From: Gemmatimonadaceae bacterium
GTDB lineage: Bacteria > Gemmatimonadota > Gemmatimonadetes > Gemmatimonadales > Gemmatimonadaceae
Assembly (NCBI GenBank): GCA_040901985.1
Contig: JBBDYC010000001.1
Coordinates: 1-60,475 of the forward strand
Direction: 5' to 3'
DNA: 60,475 nt
Both the position numbers and the translations under genes were made by a program. How positions within the stretch are numbered: the first letter of the stretch is position 1; the number at the start of each line of letters is the position of its first letter. The notes beneath the pieces are model-generated. The model worked only from the letters and a program-made list of their open reading frames with translations. It did not search any database and was not told where the DNA came from. Shown here one piece after another: positions 50,254-58,174 of the stretch.

Positions 50254-50880
50254 ATGGCGAACCCAGTGCGTGAACCAAAGGCGCTCAGCGACCGGGCGAT
50301 TGCAGACCTGTCGTTCATCCGCAAGACGATGGAGGGCGCGGCGTCGTTCACCGACGTCTCGGGGCGCGGATTGGTCGCGGCCGGCCTCACGGCGTTGCTC
50401 GCCGCCGCCTGGGCACACCGGCAGCCCAGTGGGGCGCGCTGGCTTGCGGTCTGGATCGTCGCGGCCGCGGTCGCGGCAATCGTCTCGGCCGCGATGATGC
50501 GGCACAAGATGCTCAGGCGGCAGGCGAACGCGCCGATGTTGAGCGTGCCGGCGCGCAAGTTCTTTCTTGGCTTCTGGCCGGCCATCGTCGCCGGCGCGGT
50601 CTTGACCGCCGCGCTCGTCGAGCCGGCGATGCTCCAGGCGGCGGACCACGCGGCGTTCGGCACGATCGCGGGGCTCTGGATCCTCCTGTACGGCGTCGGC
50701 GTGATCACCGCCGGCGCCTTCTCCGTGCGCGCCGTCCCGTTGATGGGAGTCCTCTTCCTCCTCCTCGGCAGCGTGGCCCTCTTCACGCCGGGGCTCGATG
50801 CCGACCTCTGGCTCGCCGGTGGGTTCGGCGCCATCCATATCGTGTCTGGCGTCGTCATCGCCCGGAGGCACGGTGGCTAG
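50254..50880 (+). CDS. Hypothetical integral membrane protein
   Basis: DLSFIRKTME N-terminus, ~6 TM segments, FGAIHIVSG end; overlaps regulator start. Confidence 0.75.
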   Translation: MANPVREPKALSDRAIADLSFIRKTMEGAASFTDVSGRGLVAAGLTALLAAAWAHRQPSGARWLAVWIVAAAVAAIVSAAMMRHKMLRRQANAPMLSVPARKFFLGFWPAIVAGAVLTAALVEPAMLQAADHAAFGTIAGLWILLYGVGVITAGAFSVRAVPLMGVLFLLLGSVALFTPGLDADLWLAGGFGAIHIVSGVVIARRHGG

Positions 50881-51262
50881 GCGCGGCGCGGCACCGAAGG
50901 CGCGAACGCGCCCGTCGCGACCGTCTGGCCCGGAGCCGCTCAGGGCGGTCGCCGGTGGCGCCGCCGCGCCGATCGAGTTCGATCGGATCATCCACGAACG
51001 GGTGCGGCTCGCGATCGTCAGCGCCCTCGCGGTGCACGAATCGCTGACCTTCAACGAGCTGAAGGCGCTGCTCGACGCGACCGACGGAAATCTCTCGGTC
51101 CACGCGCGGCGGCTCGAGGAGGCGGGATACCTTGCCTGCCGCAAGTCATTCGACGGGCGGATCCCGCGCACGGAGTATCGCCTGACGGCGTCCGGCCGCC
51201 GGGCGCTCGAACAGTATCTCGCCCATATGGAGGCGCTCATCCGCCGCGTCGGCGGCGACTAG
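50873..51262 (+). CDS. Winged-helix transcriptional regulator (ArsR/MarR-like, HTH_34)
   Basis: DRIIHERVRLAIVSAL, TDGNLSVHARRLEEAGY, RTEYRLT..GR. Confidence 0.88.
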   Translation: MARRGAAPKARTRPSRPSGPEPLRAVAGGAAAPIEFDRIIHERVRLAIVSALAVHESLTFNELKALLDATDGNLSVHARRLEEAGYLACRKSFDGRIPRTEYRLTASGRRALEQYLAHMEALIRRVGGD

Positions 51263-51280
51263 GGGCTCCGCTGTCGTCTC

Positions 51281-51340
51281 GGGTTCACCACGGGTCACCG
51301 AAGTTCATCACAGTTCACCACAGTCCACCACAGTCCACCG
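51281..51340. repeat. Six imperfect 10-bp tandem repeats (consensus CAGTTCACCA)
   Basis: gggttcacca cgggtcaccg aagttcatca cagttcacca cagtccacca cagtccaccg. Confidence 0.8.
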
Positions 51341-51378
51341 GGCGCCGCGCAGGCGCCCTCTTCAGGGTCACAAACTTT

Positions 51379-52071
51379 ATGATACAAAGCACTCTCTCGC
51401 TCCCGCGTCACGTCGCCATCATCATGGACGGCAACGGCCGGTGGGCCCAACACCGCGGGCGACCGCGCTGGGCCGGCCACCGCGCCGGCGCGGTGGCCGC
51501 CCGGGAGATCGTTGAGCACTGCGCGAAGATCGGCGTGTGCCAACTCACGCTCTTCACCTTTTCCAGCGACAACTGGAGTCGCCCCCGGCCCGAGGTCGAG
51601 ACCATCTTCCGCCTCTGCGAGGAGCGGCTCGACGCCGAGTGCGATGCGTTGGCGCGCGCCGGCGTGCGCACCACGGTGATTGGCCGACGCGATCGGTTGC
51701 CGGACGCCCTGCGGCGCGCCATCGCCAACGTCGAGTCCGCGACGACCAACGGGCGGCGAATGGACCTGCGGCTGGCCATTGACTACTCGAGCCGAGCGGC
51801 GCTGGCCGAAAGCCTCGGTATTCCGCGGCCCCTGCGGTTGGTCAGCGCCGACCCGGGCGCCACGATCCTCCCGCCGGTGGACCTGCTCGTGCGCACCGGA
51901 GGCGAGCGGCGGCTCTCCGACTTCCTGCTTTGGGAGTGCGCGTACGCCGAGCTGAGTTTCCTCGACGTCCTCTTTCCGGACTTCAGGCCGTCCCATCTCG
52001 ACGCCGTCCTTGCCGACTATTCCGCGCGTGACCGTCGGTTCGGCGGGCTGTCGGGGAGGGAGATTGCATGA
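51379..52071 (+). CDS. uppS: cis-prenyltransferase (undecaprenyl diphosphate synthase paralog)
   Basis: HVAIIMDGNGRWA, FSSDNWSRP, DLLVRTGGERRLSDFLLW, RRFGG. Confidence 0.88.
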   Translation: MIQSTLSLPRHVAIIMDGNGRWAQHRGRPRWAGHRAGAVAAREIVEHCAKIGVCQLTLFTFSSDNWSRPRPEVETIFRLCEERLDAECDALARAGVRTTVIGRRDRLPDALRRAIANVESATTNGRRMDLRLAIDYSSRAALAESLGIPRPLRLVSADPGATILPPVDLLVRTGGERRLSDFLLWECAYAELSFLDVLFPDFRPSHLDAVLADYSARDRRFGGLSGREIA

Positions 52072-53543
52072 CGCCGACTCTCACCAGTACCCGTGCGCGA
52101 CAGCTGTTGGCCGCCTCGGTCCTGCTCGGGGTGACGGGCGACCTGCTCTGGGGATCGGGAATGGCGCGGCTGGGGTTTATGCTGTGGATCCTCTTCGCGA
52201 TCGCGGTTGCGTGGTGGTGCGGATCGCCAGGTGATCGTCAGCGGTCCCTCCTCCTGACGATCATCGGCGCGGCCGCTCTCGCGTTCGTGCTTCGCGACTC
52301 GGAGCGACTGCTGGTGCTCGATGTGCTCGTCGCGCTCGGCGCCTGCGCCTTGGTGGTCTGGCGCGCCCAAGGCTTTTCGCTCACGGCGATCCGGCTGACG
52401 GATGGTCCCCGTGCCGTGCTGATGTCGGCGGTGGCATCGGTGGCGGGCGCTGTCGCGCTCGCTGCCACGGACGCCAAGTGGGATGACGGCGGCTCACCGG
52501 CCAAGGCGCGCGCGTTCGCCGTGACGCTCGGGACGCTCGTGGCAGTTCCGGTCCTCGCCGTGACACTGACCCTGCTGGGCGAGGCCGATCCGCTCTTTGC
52601 GGGATGGGTGGAGGCGCTGCTGGGCTTCGTCAGTGAGGACCTGGTGCGGCACGTCGTGATGAGCGCCGCGGTCGGATGGCTGGTTGCCGGTTGGCTGCGG
52701 GGCGGCGTGGTTCCGACCGGCAACTGGGGGTGGGGCGGCGCGGCAGAGCGGTGGCACGTTGGGTTGATGGCACTCGCCCCGACGCTGTACGCGATGATCG
52801 TGGCCCTCGCCGCGTTCCTCGGCCTGCAGGGACGCACGCTCGTCGGCGGCGCCGAGTTCGTCGAGCGGACGACGGGCCTGACCTATGCCGCGTATGCCCG
52901 CGGGGGTTTCTTCGAGCTGGTGGCCGTCGCGCTCATCGTCCTTGGGGTCCTCCTCGTGTCGGACGTGCTGCTCGACCGTGCCGAGTCCCGAGATGAGCGC
53001 CGCTTCCGCTCGGCGGCGTGGATGCTGCTGGCGCTCGTCGGCTTGCTCGCGGGGTCCGCCGCCTACCGGATGTCACTCTACGTGAACGCCTACGGCTTGA
53101 CCGAGGAGCGATTCTTTGCCGTGGCCGGGATGGTGTGGATCGTCGCGGCCCTCGGATGGTTCGGGGCGAGCGTGTTGCGCGGTCGTCGCGGTCCGTTCCC
53201 CGTCGGGCTCGTCGCGCTGAGCGTCGGGTGGATCTTCGCGCTCAATCTGGTCGGGCCCGACGCGCTCGTGGCCCGGGTGAATCTGGCGCGGGCGCGCTCG
53301 GGGCTCGAGTTCGACGTCGCCTATCACGCGAATCGGCTCGCCGACGCGGTCCCGACCCTCGTGGCGGGCGCGAGTGCCCTGCCGGCCGAGCGCTGCCACG
53401 AGCTCTTGGCCGCGCTCCTCGCGCGCGACGGCGCGCGGACGGCAACCGATTGGCGCGGCTGGAGCCTGTCCTCGGCGCGCGCGCGGCGGGCGCTCGAGCC
53501 GGGACTCGACCGACTCGTCGCGGAGCACTGCCGGGGCAGCTGA
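52068..53543 (+). CDS. DUF4153/DUF4173-like multi-pass membrane protein
   Basis: ADPLF, TYAAYARGGFFEL, RM.LYV.AYGLT..R, DALVARVN. Confidence 0.75.
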   Translation: MTPTLTSTRARQLLAASVLLGVTGDLLWGSGMARLGFMLWILFAIAVAWWCGSPGDRQRSLLLTIIGAAALAFVLRDSERLLVLDVLVALGACALVVWRAQGFSLTAIRLTDGPRAVLMSAVASVAGAVALAATDAKWDDGGSPAKARAFAVTLGTLVAVPVLAVTLTLLGEADPLFAGWVEALLGFVSEDLVRHVVMSAAVGWLVAGWLRGGVVPTGNWGWGGAAERWHVGLMALAPTLYAMIVALAAFLGLQGRTLVGGAEFVERTTGLTYAAYARGGFFELVAVALIVLGVLLVSDVLLDRAESRDERRFRSAAWMLLALVGLLAGSAAYRMSLYVNAYGLTEERFFAVAGMVWIVAALGWFGASVLRGRRGPFPVGLVALSVGWIFALNLVGPDALVARVNLARARSGLEFDVAYHANRLADAVPTLVAGASALPAERCHELLAALLARDGARTATDWRGWSLSSARARRALEPGLDRLVAEHCRGS

Positions 53544-53583
53544 GCCCTGCGGGTTTGACGCGTCGGCCGTTGCGCGCCGCGCG

Positions 53584-53847
53584 CTATTCGAGCTCGAGTT
53601 CGATCCCGCCGACCCATCCGGCGACGAGATTGTAGCAGGCGGCGCCAATCAGCGTGGTAATGAAGCCGATGATCCCGTACACCACGGGAATGGCGACCGC
53701 GAACCCGATGCCGAACGCGGCCGTTTCCGGTGACGCGAGAGATACCGCAACGAAGATCGGTGCCAGGATCAGGCCCATCAGGGCGTACAGGACCGACAGG
53801 ATCTTCGCCGTCTGGAAAGGTTCGAACCGACGGATGCGTTGCGCCAC
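53584..53847 (-). CDS. Small membrane protein (DUF3566-like)
   Basis: AQRIRRFEPFQTAKI...YNLVAGWVGGIELELE, two TM segments; GTG start at 53847. Confidence 0.65.
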   Translation of the reverse strand: MAQRIRRFEPFQTAKILSVLYALMGLILAPIFVAVSLASPETAAFGIGFAVAIPVVYGIIGFITTLIGAACYNLVAGWVGGIELELE

Positions 53848-53940
53848 GGTATGCCTCGGGGACAGGGGGAGGGGAATGCTGCAAGCCCCGACGGTAGCAC
53901 CGTCCGTGGTCGGCGGCCAGTCCGGACTATAGACTCCAGC

Positions 53941-54393
53941 ATGACCTCGTCGAAGCCGATGCCGAATATCCGGTCGCGCCTGTTGATTGCGGCGCTGGTG
54001 GGCGCCGTGATCTTCCTGGCGTGGGAGACCGTCATTCGGACCTGGGATCTCTATCGCGTGGCGCCACTGGTTGACATCCCGGGCCACCTGCTGTCTGGCA
54101 TGGCGTCGTCGGCGTTCGTCTATTGGGTGCTGCAGCGCTGGCGCAGCCGACGGAATCGGACCGATCGGCCGTATGTCCTCGCCGTGGTCGTGTCCATTGG
54201 GATCGCCTTGTTGTGGGAGGCGTCGGAGATGATCGGCGAGCGGATCTGGCTGGACCCGCCCCACCTGCGGGATCGGTTCTGGTGGGACGGGTTTGGCGAC
54301 GTCGTGTCGGCGACGGTTGGCGCGGTGATTGTATTCCCCTGGCTGCGCTTCGTAAAACGACACATCAAGGCCTTCAAGGAGATGGACGTGTGA
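53941..54393 (+). CDS. Hypothetical membrane protein
   Basis: Four TM segments with H, WE..E and D...D residues as in DUF2238/VanZ-like families; stop overlaps next start. Confidence 0.6.
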   Translation: MTSSKPMPNIRSRLLIAALVGAVIFLAWETVIRTWDLYRVAPLVDIPGHLLSGMASSAFVYWVLQRWRSRRNRTDRPYVLAVVVSIGIALLWEASEMIGERIWLDPPHLRDRFWWDGFGDVVSATVGAVIVFPWLRFVKRHIKAFKEMDV

Positions 54394-55199
54394 TGAAGGC
54401 GCGGCGCCTTGACGCGCGCTGGCGGATTGCCGCCGCGGCGGTCGTCGCCGCCGCCCTGGCCATTGGCCTGCCGCCCATTGCGGGCGCCGGCGCGCGCAGC
54501 GAGATCCGCGTCGTCACCTACAACATCCGTCATTCGCGTGGAATGGACGGACGCCCGGACCTTACGCGCACGGCCGGCACCCTCGGGCGTCTCGCGCCGG
54601 ACATCGTCGGTCTCCAGGAAGTGGACCGGGGCACGGAACGGAGCGCCCGCGTCCACCAGGCCGATTCGCTCGGCCGCCTGCTCGGCCTGCACCCCGCGTT
54701 CGGCGCGTTCATGGCGTACGACGGCGGTGAGTACGGGATGGCCGTACTCTCGCGCTTTCCGATCCGGCGGACTGCGCCGCTGCGGCTCCCCGATGGCAAC
54801 GAGCCACGCATCGCACTCCTGGTTGAGGTCGAACTTGGCTCGGGCGAGCGGATATTGATCGTCAACGTGCACTTCGACTGGGTGGCAGACGACGGCTACC
54901 GATTCGAGCAGGCGACGGCGCTGGCGGCCGTGCTGGACACGATCGGTCTTCCCGTGATCCTGCTCGGCGACTTCAACGATCAACCCGGGTCGCGGACCAT
55001 CGAGCGCTTTCGGGCTCGCTTCGCCGAGGCGGCAAAGGATCCCGGCGCGCGGTTCACGTTCCCTGCGACGGATCCGGCGAAGGAGATTGACTTCATCTTC
55101 GCCGCGCCGGTCGCTGCCTGGCGCGTTCGCTCGGCGGAGGTGATTGACGACCGGATGGCGTCAGACCATCGCCCGGTCCTCGCGGTGCTGGCCCGGTAG
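54393..55199 (+). CDS. Endonuclease/exonuclease/phosphatase family protein, secreted
   Basis: TYNI, DIVGLQEVD, GDFN, IDFIF, SDHRPV. Confidence 0.9.
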   Translation: MKARRLDARWRIAAAAVVAAALAIGLPPIAGAGARSEIRVVTYNIRHSRGMDGRPDLTRTAGTLGRLAPDIVGLQEVDRGTERSARVHQADSLGRLLGLHPAFGAFMAYDGGEYGMAVLSRFPIRRTAPLRLPDGNEPRIALLVEVELGSGERILIVNVHFDWVADDGYRFEQATALAAVLDTIGLPVILLGDFNDQPGSRTIERFRARFAEAAKDPGARFTFPATDPAKEIDFIFAAPVAAWRVRSAEVIDDRMASDHRPVLAVLAR

Positions 55200-55230
55200 G
55201 AAATGCTCACGGACTTCGGCGGGCGCTGAC

Positions 55231-56691
55231 GTGATTGATGGTCCGCGCCTTCCGGCCTGGCTGCTCGGCGGTGCGCTCGTCGCCCTCGTCGTCGGCGTCG
55301 TCGCGCTCTGGCGCCGCTGGACGCGCCGCGCCTCGCTTCGCGCGCTGCTGCGTTTCCGTGCCCGGGTGGACCGCTTCAAGCTCACCGGCAAGCGCTACAT
55401 CCGCGACGCGCTCCTCGGCGACGAGATGATCGTGGCCGCGGTACGCGCGCACGGAGAGGAGCACGGCGTGCCGGAGGCGCAGGTCTGGCGGCGCGTGCGG
55501 ACGTACATCGACGAGATCGTGCCCGCGTTCAACCTCCTGATGTACTATCGGTTTGGCTACACGTTCTCCAAGGCACTGCTCAACGTCTTTTACAGGACGA
55601 CCGTCACGATTCGCCATCCGTCGGCGTTTGCGCGCCTGCCGCGCGAGAGCATCGTCGTCTATCTGATGAACCACCGCTCCAACGCCGACTACGTCCTCGC
55701 CGGCTACGCGCTGGCGGGGCAGGTCGCGATTTCCTATGCGGTGGGCGAGTGGGCGCGCGTGTTCCCCCTCGAATACCTCTTCAAGAGCTTCGGCTCGTAC
55801 TTCATCCGCCGTCGGTACCGCGAGCCGCTCTACCACACGGTGCTCGAGCGCTATGTGCAGCTGATCACCCGCAACGGCGTGACGCAGGGGCTGTTTCCGG
55901 AGGGCGGCCTCTCGCGCGACGGGAAGCTGCGGCCGGCCAAGATCGGGCTGCTCGACTACATGATCGGGACGGCGCGCGAACCGGGATTCGCCGAGCGGAT
56001 GTACGTGGTGCCGGTCGGGCTCAACTATGACCGGGTGCTCGAGGACCGCACGTTGCTGCGGGAACTGCGGATGAGCGAAGGGCGCGGGGCGTCGTCACGG
56101 CTCGCGCAATTCCGCGAGGTGTTCAACTATGCGGTGTCGAACTTCGGCCGTCTCTCGACGCGGCGGTGGAAGCGCTATGGCCGCGCGGCGGTGGTGATCG
56201 GCGAGCCGGTGCCGCTGGCCCCCTGGCTCGCCGAGGTCGCGCGCGGGGGCAGGTCGTTGGGCCCCCCCCCCCCCCCCGACCGGCTCGCCCGCGTGCAGGA
56301 GTTCTGCGACGGGATGATGCGGCGAATCGGCGCGATCGTGCCGGTGACCGCGGTGCCCCTTGTCTGCGCGGCGCTGCAGACGTTCGACGCCGAGTTGATT
56401 CCGGAATCCAGGCTCTTCGCGCGGATCGAGGAGCTCCGCGACGTGCTCGTGGCGCAGGGGGCGGAGGTCGTCGCGCCGGAGCGGGAGGGCGTGGAGACGT
56501 TTGAGCGCGCGTACCGGATGCTCCGGATGCGGCACGTCCTGCTCAAGGACGGCGATGCCTACCTGATCCTGCCGCGCGGACGGGAGTTGATTTCGTACTA
56601 CGCGAATGGTGTCGCGCATCTCTGCGGCGCGTATGAGGCGGAGGTGCGTGGGCGCGACGCGCTGCCGGTGGACACGCTGGTGGGGGCGTGA
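55231..56691 (+). CDS. Glycerol-3-phosphate acyltransferase (PlsB-like)
   Basis: NHRSNAD (HX4D), FIRR, FPEGG.SRDG, VPVGLNYD. Confidence 0.82.
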   Translation: MIDGPRLPAWLLGGALVALVVGVVALWRRWTRRASLRALLRFRARVDRFKLTGKRYIRDALLGDEMIVAAVRAHGEEHGVPEAQVWRRVRTYIDEIVPAFNLLMYYRFGYTFSKALLNVFYRTTVTIRHPSAFARLPRESIVVYLMNHRSNADYVLAGYALAGQVAISYAVGEWARVFPLEYLFKSFGSYFIRRRYREPLYHTVLERYVQLITRNGVTQGLFPEGGLSRDGKLRPAKIGLLDYMIGTAREPGFAERMYVVPVGLNYDRVLEDRTLLRELRMSEGRGASSRLAQFREVFNYAVSNFGRLSTRRWKRYGRAAVVIGEPVPLAPWLAEVARGGRSLGPPPPPDRLARVQEFCDGMMRRIGAIVPVTAVPLVCAALQTFDAELIPESRLFARIEELRDVLVAQGAEVVAPEREGVETFERAYRMLRMRHVLLKDGDAYLILPRGRELISYYANGVAHLCGAYEAEVRGRDALPVDTLVGA

Positions 56692-57071
56692 TGATGAGAC
56701 CAAGCCTGACGCGGGTGGCGCGCCGCCTGGCGTCGGGGCTTCTGCCCGCGGCGCTGGCGAGCGCCTGCTTCGCCTACCAGCCGGTCGCCGCGCCACCGGC
56801 GCCCGGCGCCCTCCCGGAGGGCGTCCGGATCACGCGGGACGACGGCTCCGTGGTCGTCCTTGCCGTGGCGGAGATCAAGGCCGACACGATACGGGGTTTC
56901 CGCGAGAACAGCACGTTCCGAGTCGTGATCCCGATGGCCGATGTCCGGCTGATGGAGGTCCTGCGGCTGCAGCCCCGGGAGACCGCGATTGGGGTGGCGA
57001 TCGGTGTCGGGGTCACCGCGTGGATCGTGTTCAGGATTGCGAACCGTCGAAGCCGACCCGTCGTCGAGTAG
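56688..57071 (+). CDS. Hypothetical lipoprotein
   Basis: LASAC lipobox, C-terminal hydrophobic segment; overlaps upstream stop. Confidence 0.6.
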   Translation: MMMRPSLTRVARRLASGLLPAALASACFAYQPVAAPPAPGALPEGVRITRDDGSVVVLAVAEIKADTIRGFRENSTFRVVIPMADVRLMEVLRLQPRETAIGVAIGVGVTAWIVFRIANRRSRPVVE

Positions 57072-57196
57072 CCGACGGTCCACCCGGTTGACCCCACGCC
57101 ACTTCGGGCCTAACTTACTAGGCTCTGTTCCGTGCCGCCCGTCCGGGCGATCCACGTAGAGGCAGAAGGACGAACACCGGAAGGAATTCAAGCCAG

Positions 57197-57595
57197 ATGC
57201 CGACGATCAACCAGCTCGTCCGGCAGAGCCGCCGCGCCGTGGTCAAGAAGGACAAGGCGCCCGCTCTGAAGGAGAATCCGTTCAAGCGGGGCGTGTGTAC
57301 GCGCGTGTACACCACGACCCCCAAGAAGCCGAACTCGGCGCTGCGCAAGGTCGCCCGCATCCGGCTCGTCAACGGCTTCGAAGTCACCGCCTACATCCCC
57401 GGCGAAGGCCACAACCTGCAGGAGCACTCGATCGTGCTCATTCGGGGCGGCCGCGTGAAGGACCTCCCGGGCGTGCGCTACCACATCGTGCGCGGCAAGC
57501 TCGACGCCTCCGGCGTGCAGGGCCGCAACAAGAGCCGCTCCAAGTACGGGACCAAGAAGCCGAAGGGCAATGCCCCGGCCAAGGGAGCCAACTAG
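57197..57595 (+). CDS. rpsL: 30S ribosomal protein S12
   Basis: [36 protein letters not shown]. Confidence 0.99.
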   Translation: MPTINQLVRQSRRAVVKKDKAPALKENPFKRGVCTRVYTTTPKKPNSALRKVARIRLVNGFEVTAYIPGEGHNLQEHSIVLIRGGRVKDLPGVRYHIVRGKLDASGVQGRNKSRSKYGTKKPKGNAPAKGAN

Positions 57596-58066
57596 ATGAG
57601 CCGCCGCAAGAGCGCCGTCAAGCGCACGATCCTCGCCGATTCGCGCTATGACAGCCAGACCGTCTCCAAGTTCATCAACGTCCTGATGTACCAGGGCAAG
57701 AAGTCCACCGCCGAGCGCATCTTCTATGGCGCGATGGACATCGTCGAGGCCAAGGGCGACCAGCCGGGCGTCAATGTCTTCAAGCAGGCGCTGACCAACC
57801 TCAAGCCAGTCGTCGAGGTGAAGAGCCGCCGCGTCGGTGGCGCGACGTACCAGGTGCCGGTCGAGGTGCGTCCCGAGCGCCGGACCGCCCTCGCGATGCG
57901 CTGGTTGATTCTCTACTCCCGCGAGCGCAACGAGAAGTCGATGGCCGAGAAGTTGGCGGGTGAGGTGATTGCGGCCGCCAAGGGAGAAGGGAACGCGGTC
58001 AAGAAGAAGGAAGACACGCACCGGATGGCCGAGGCCAACAAGGCGTTTGCGCATTACCGCTGGTAG
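57596..58066 (+). CDS. rpsG: 30S ribosomal protein S7
   Basis: [27 protein letters not shown]. Confidence 0.99.
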   Translation: MSRRKSAVKRTILADSRYDSQTVSKFINVLMYQGKKSTAERIFYGAMDIVEAKGDQPGVNVFKQALTNLKPVVEVKSRRVGGATYQVPVEVRPERRTALAMRWLILYSRERNEKSMAEKLAGEVIAAAKGEGNAVKKKEDTHRMAEANKAFAHYRW

Positions 58067-58074
58067 GCTAACGG

Positions 58075-58108
58075 CAGGTGTCAGGTTTCAGGTGTCAGGT
58101 ATCAGGGG
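58075..58108. repeat. Heptamer tandem repeat (CAGGTNT x4 plus partial)
   Basis: CAGGTGT CAGGTTT CAGGTGT CAGGTAT CAGGGG. Confidence 0.8.
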
Positions 58109-58146
58109 CGGGGGGTGGCTATGAGCCGCTCCCCGCGCTCTCTTTT
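58108..58146 (+). terminator. Probable intrinsic terminator after rpsG
   Basis: GCGGGGGGTGGCT-ATG-AGCCGCTCCCCGC stem, then GCTCTCTTTT. Confidence 0.6.
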
Positions 58147-58174
58147 CCGGCATCCCACTTCACCCATCCGGCCA

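Noticed and set aside
57197..57595. Streptomycin-resistance allele of rpsL
   Set aside because: The PKKPNSA and RVKDLPG motifs are wild type.
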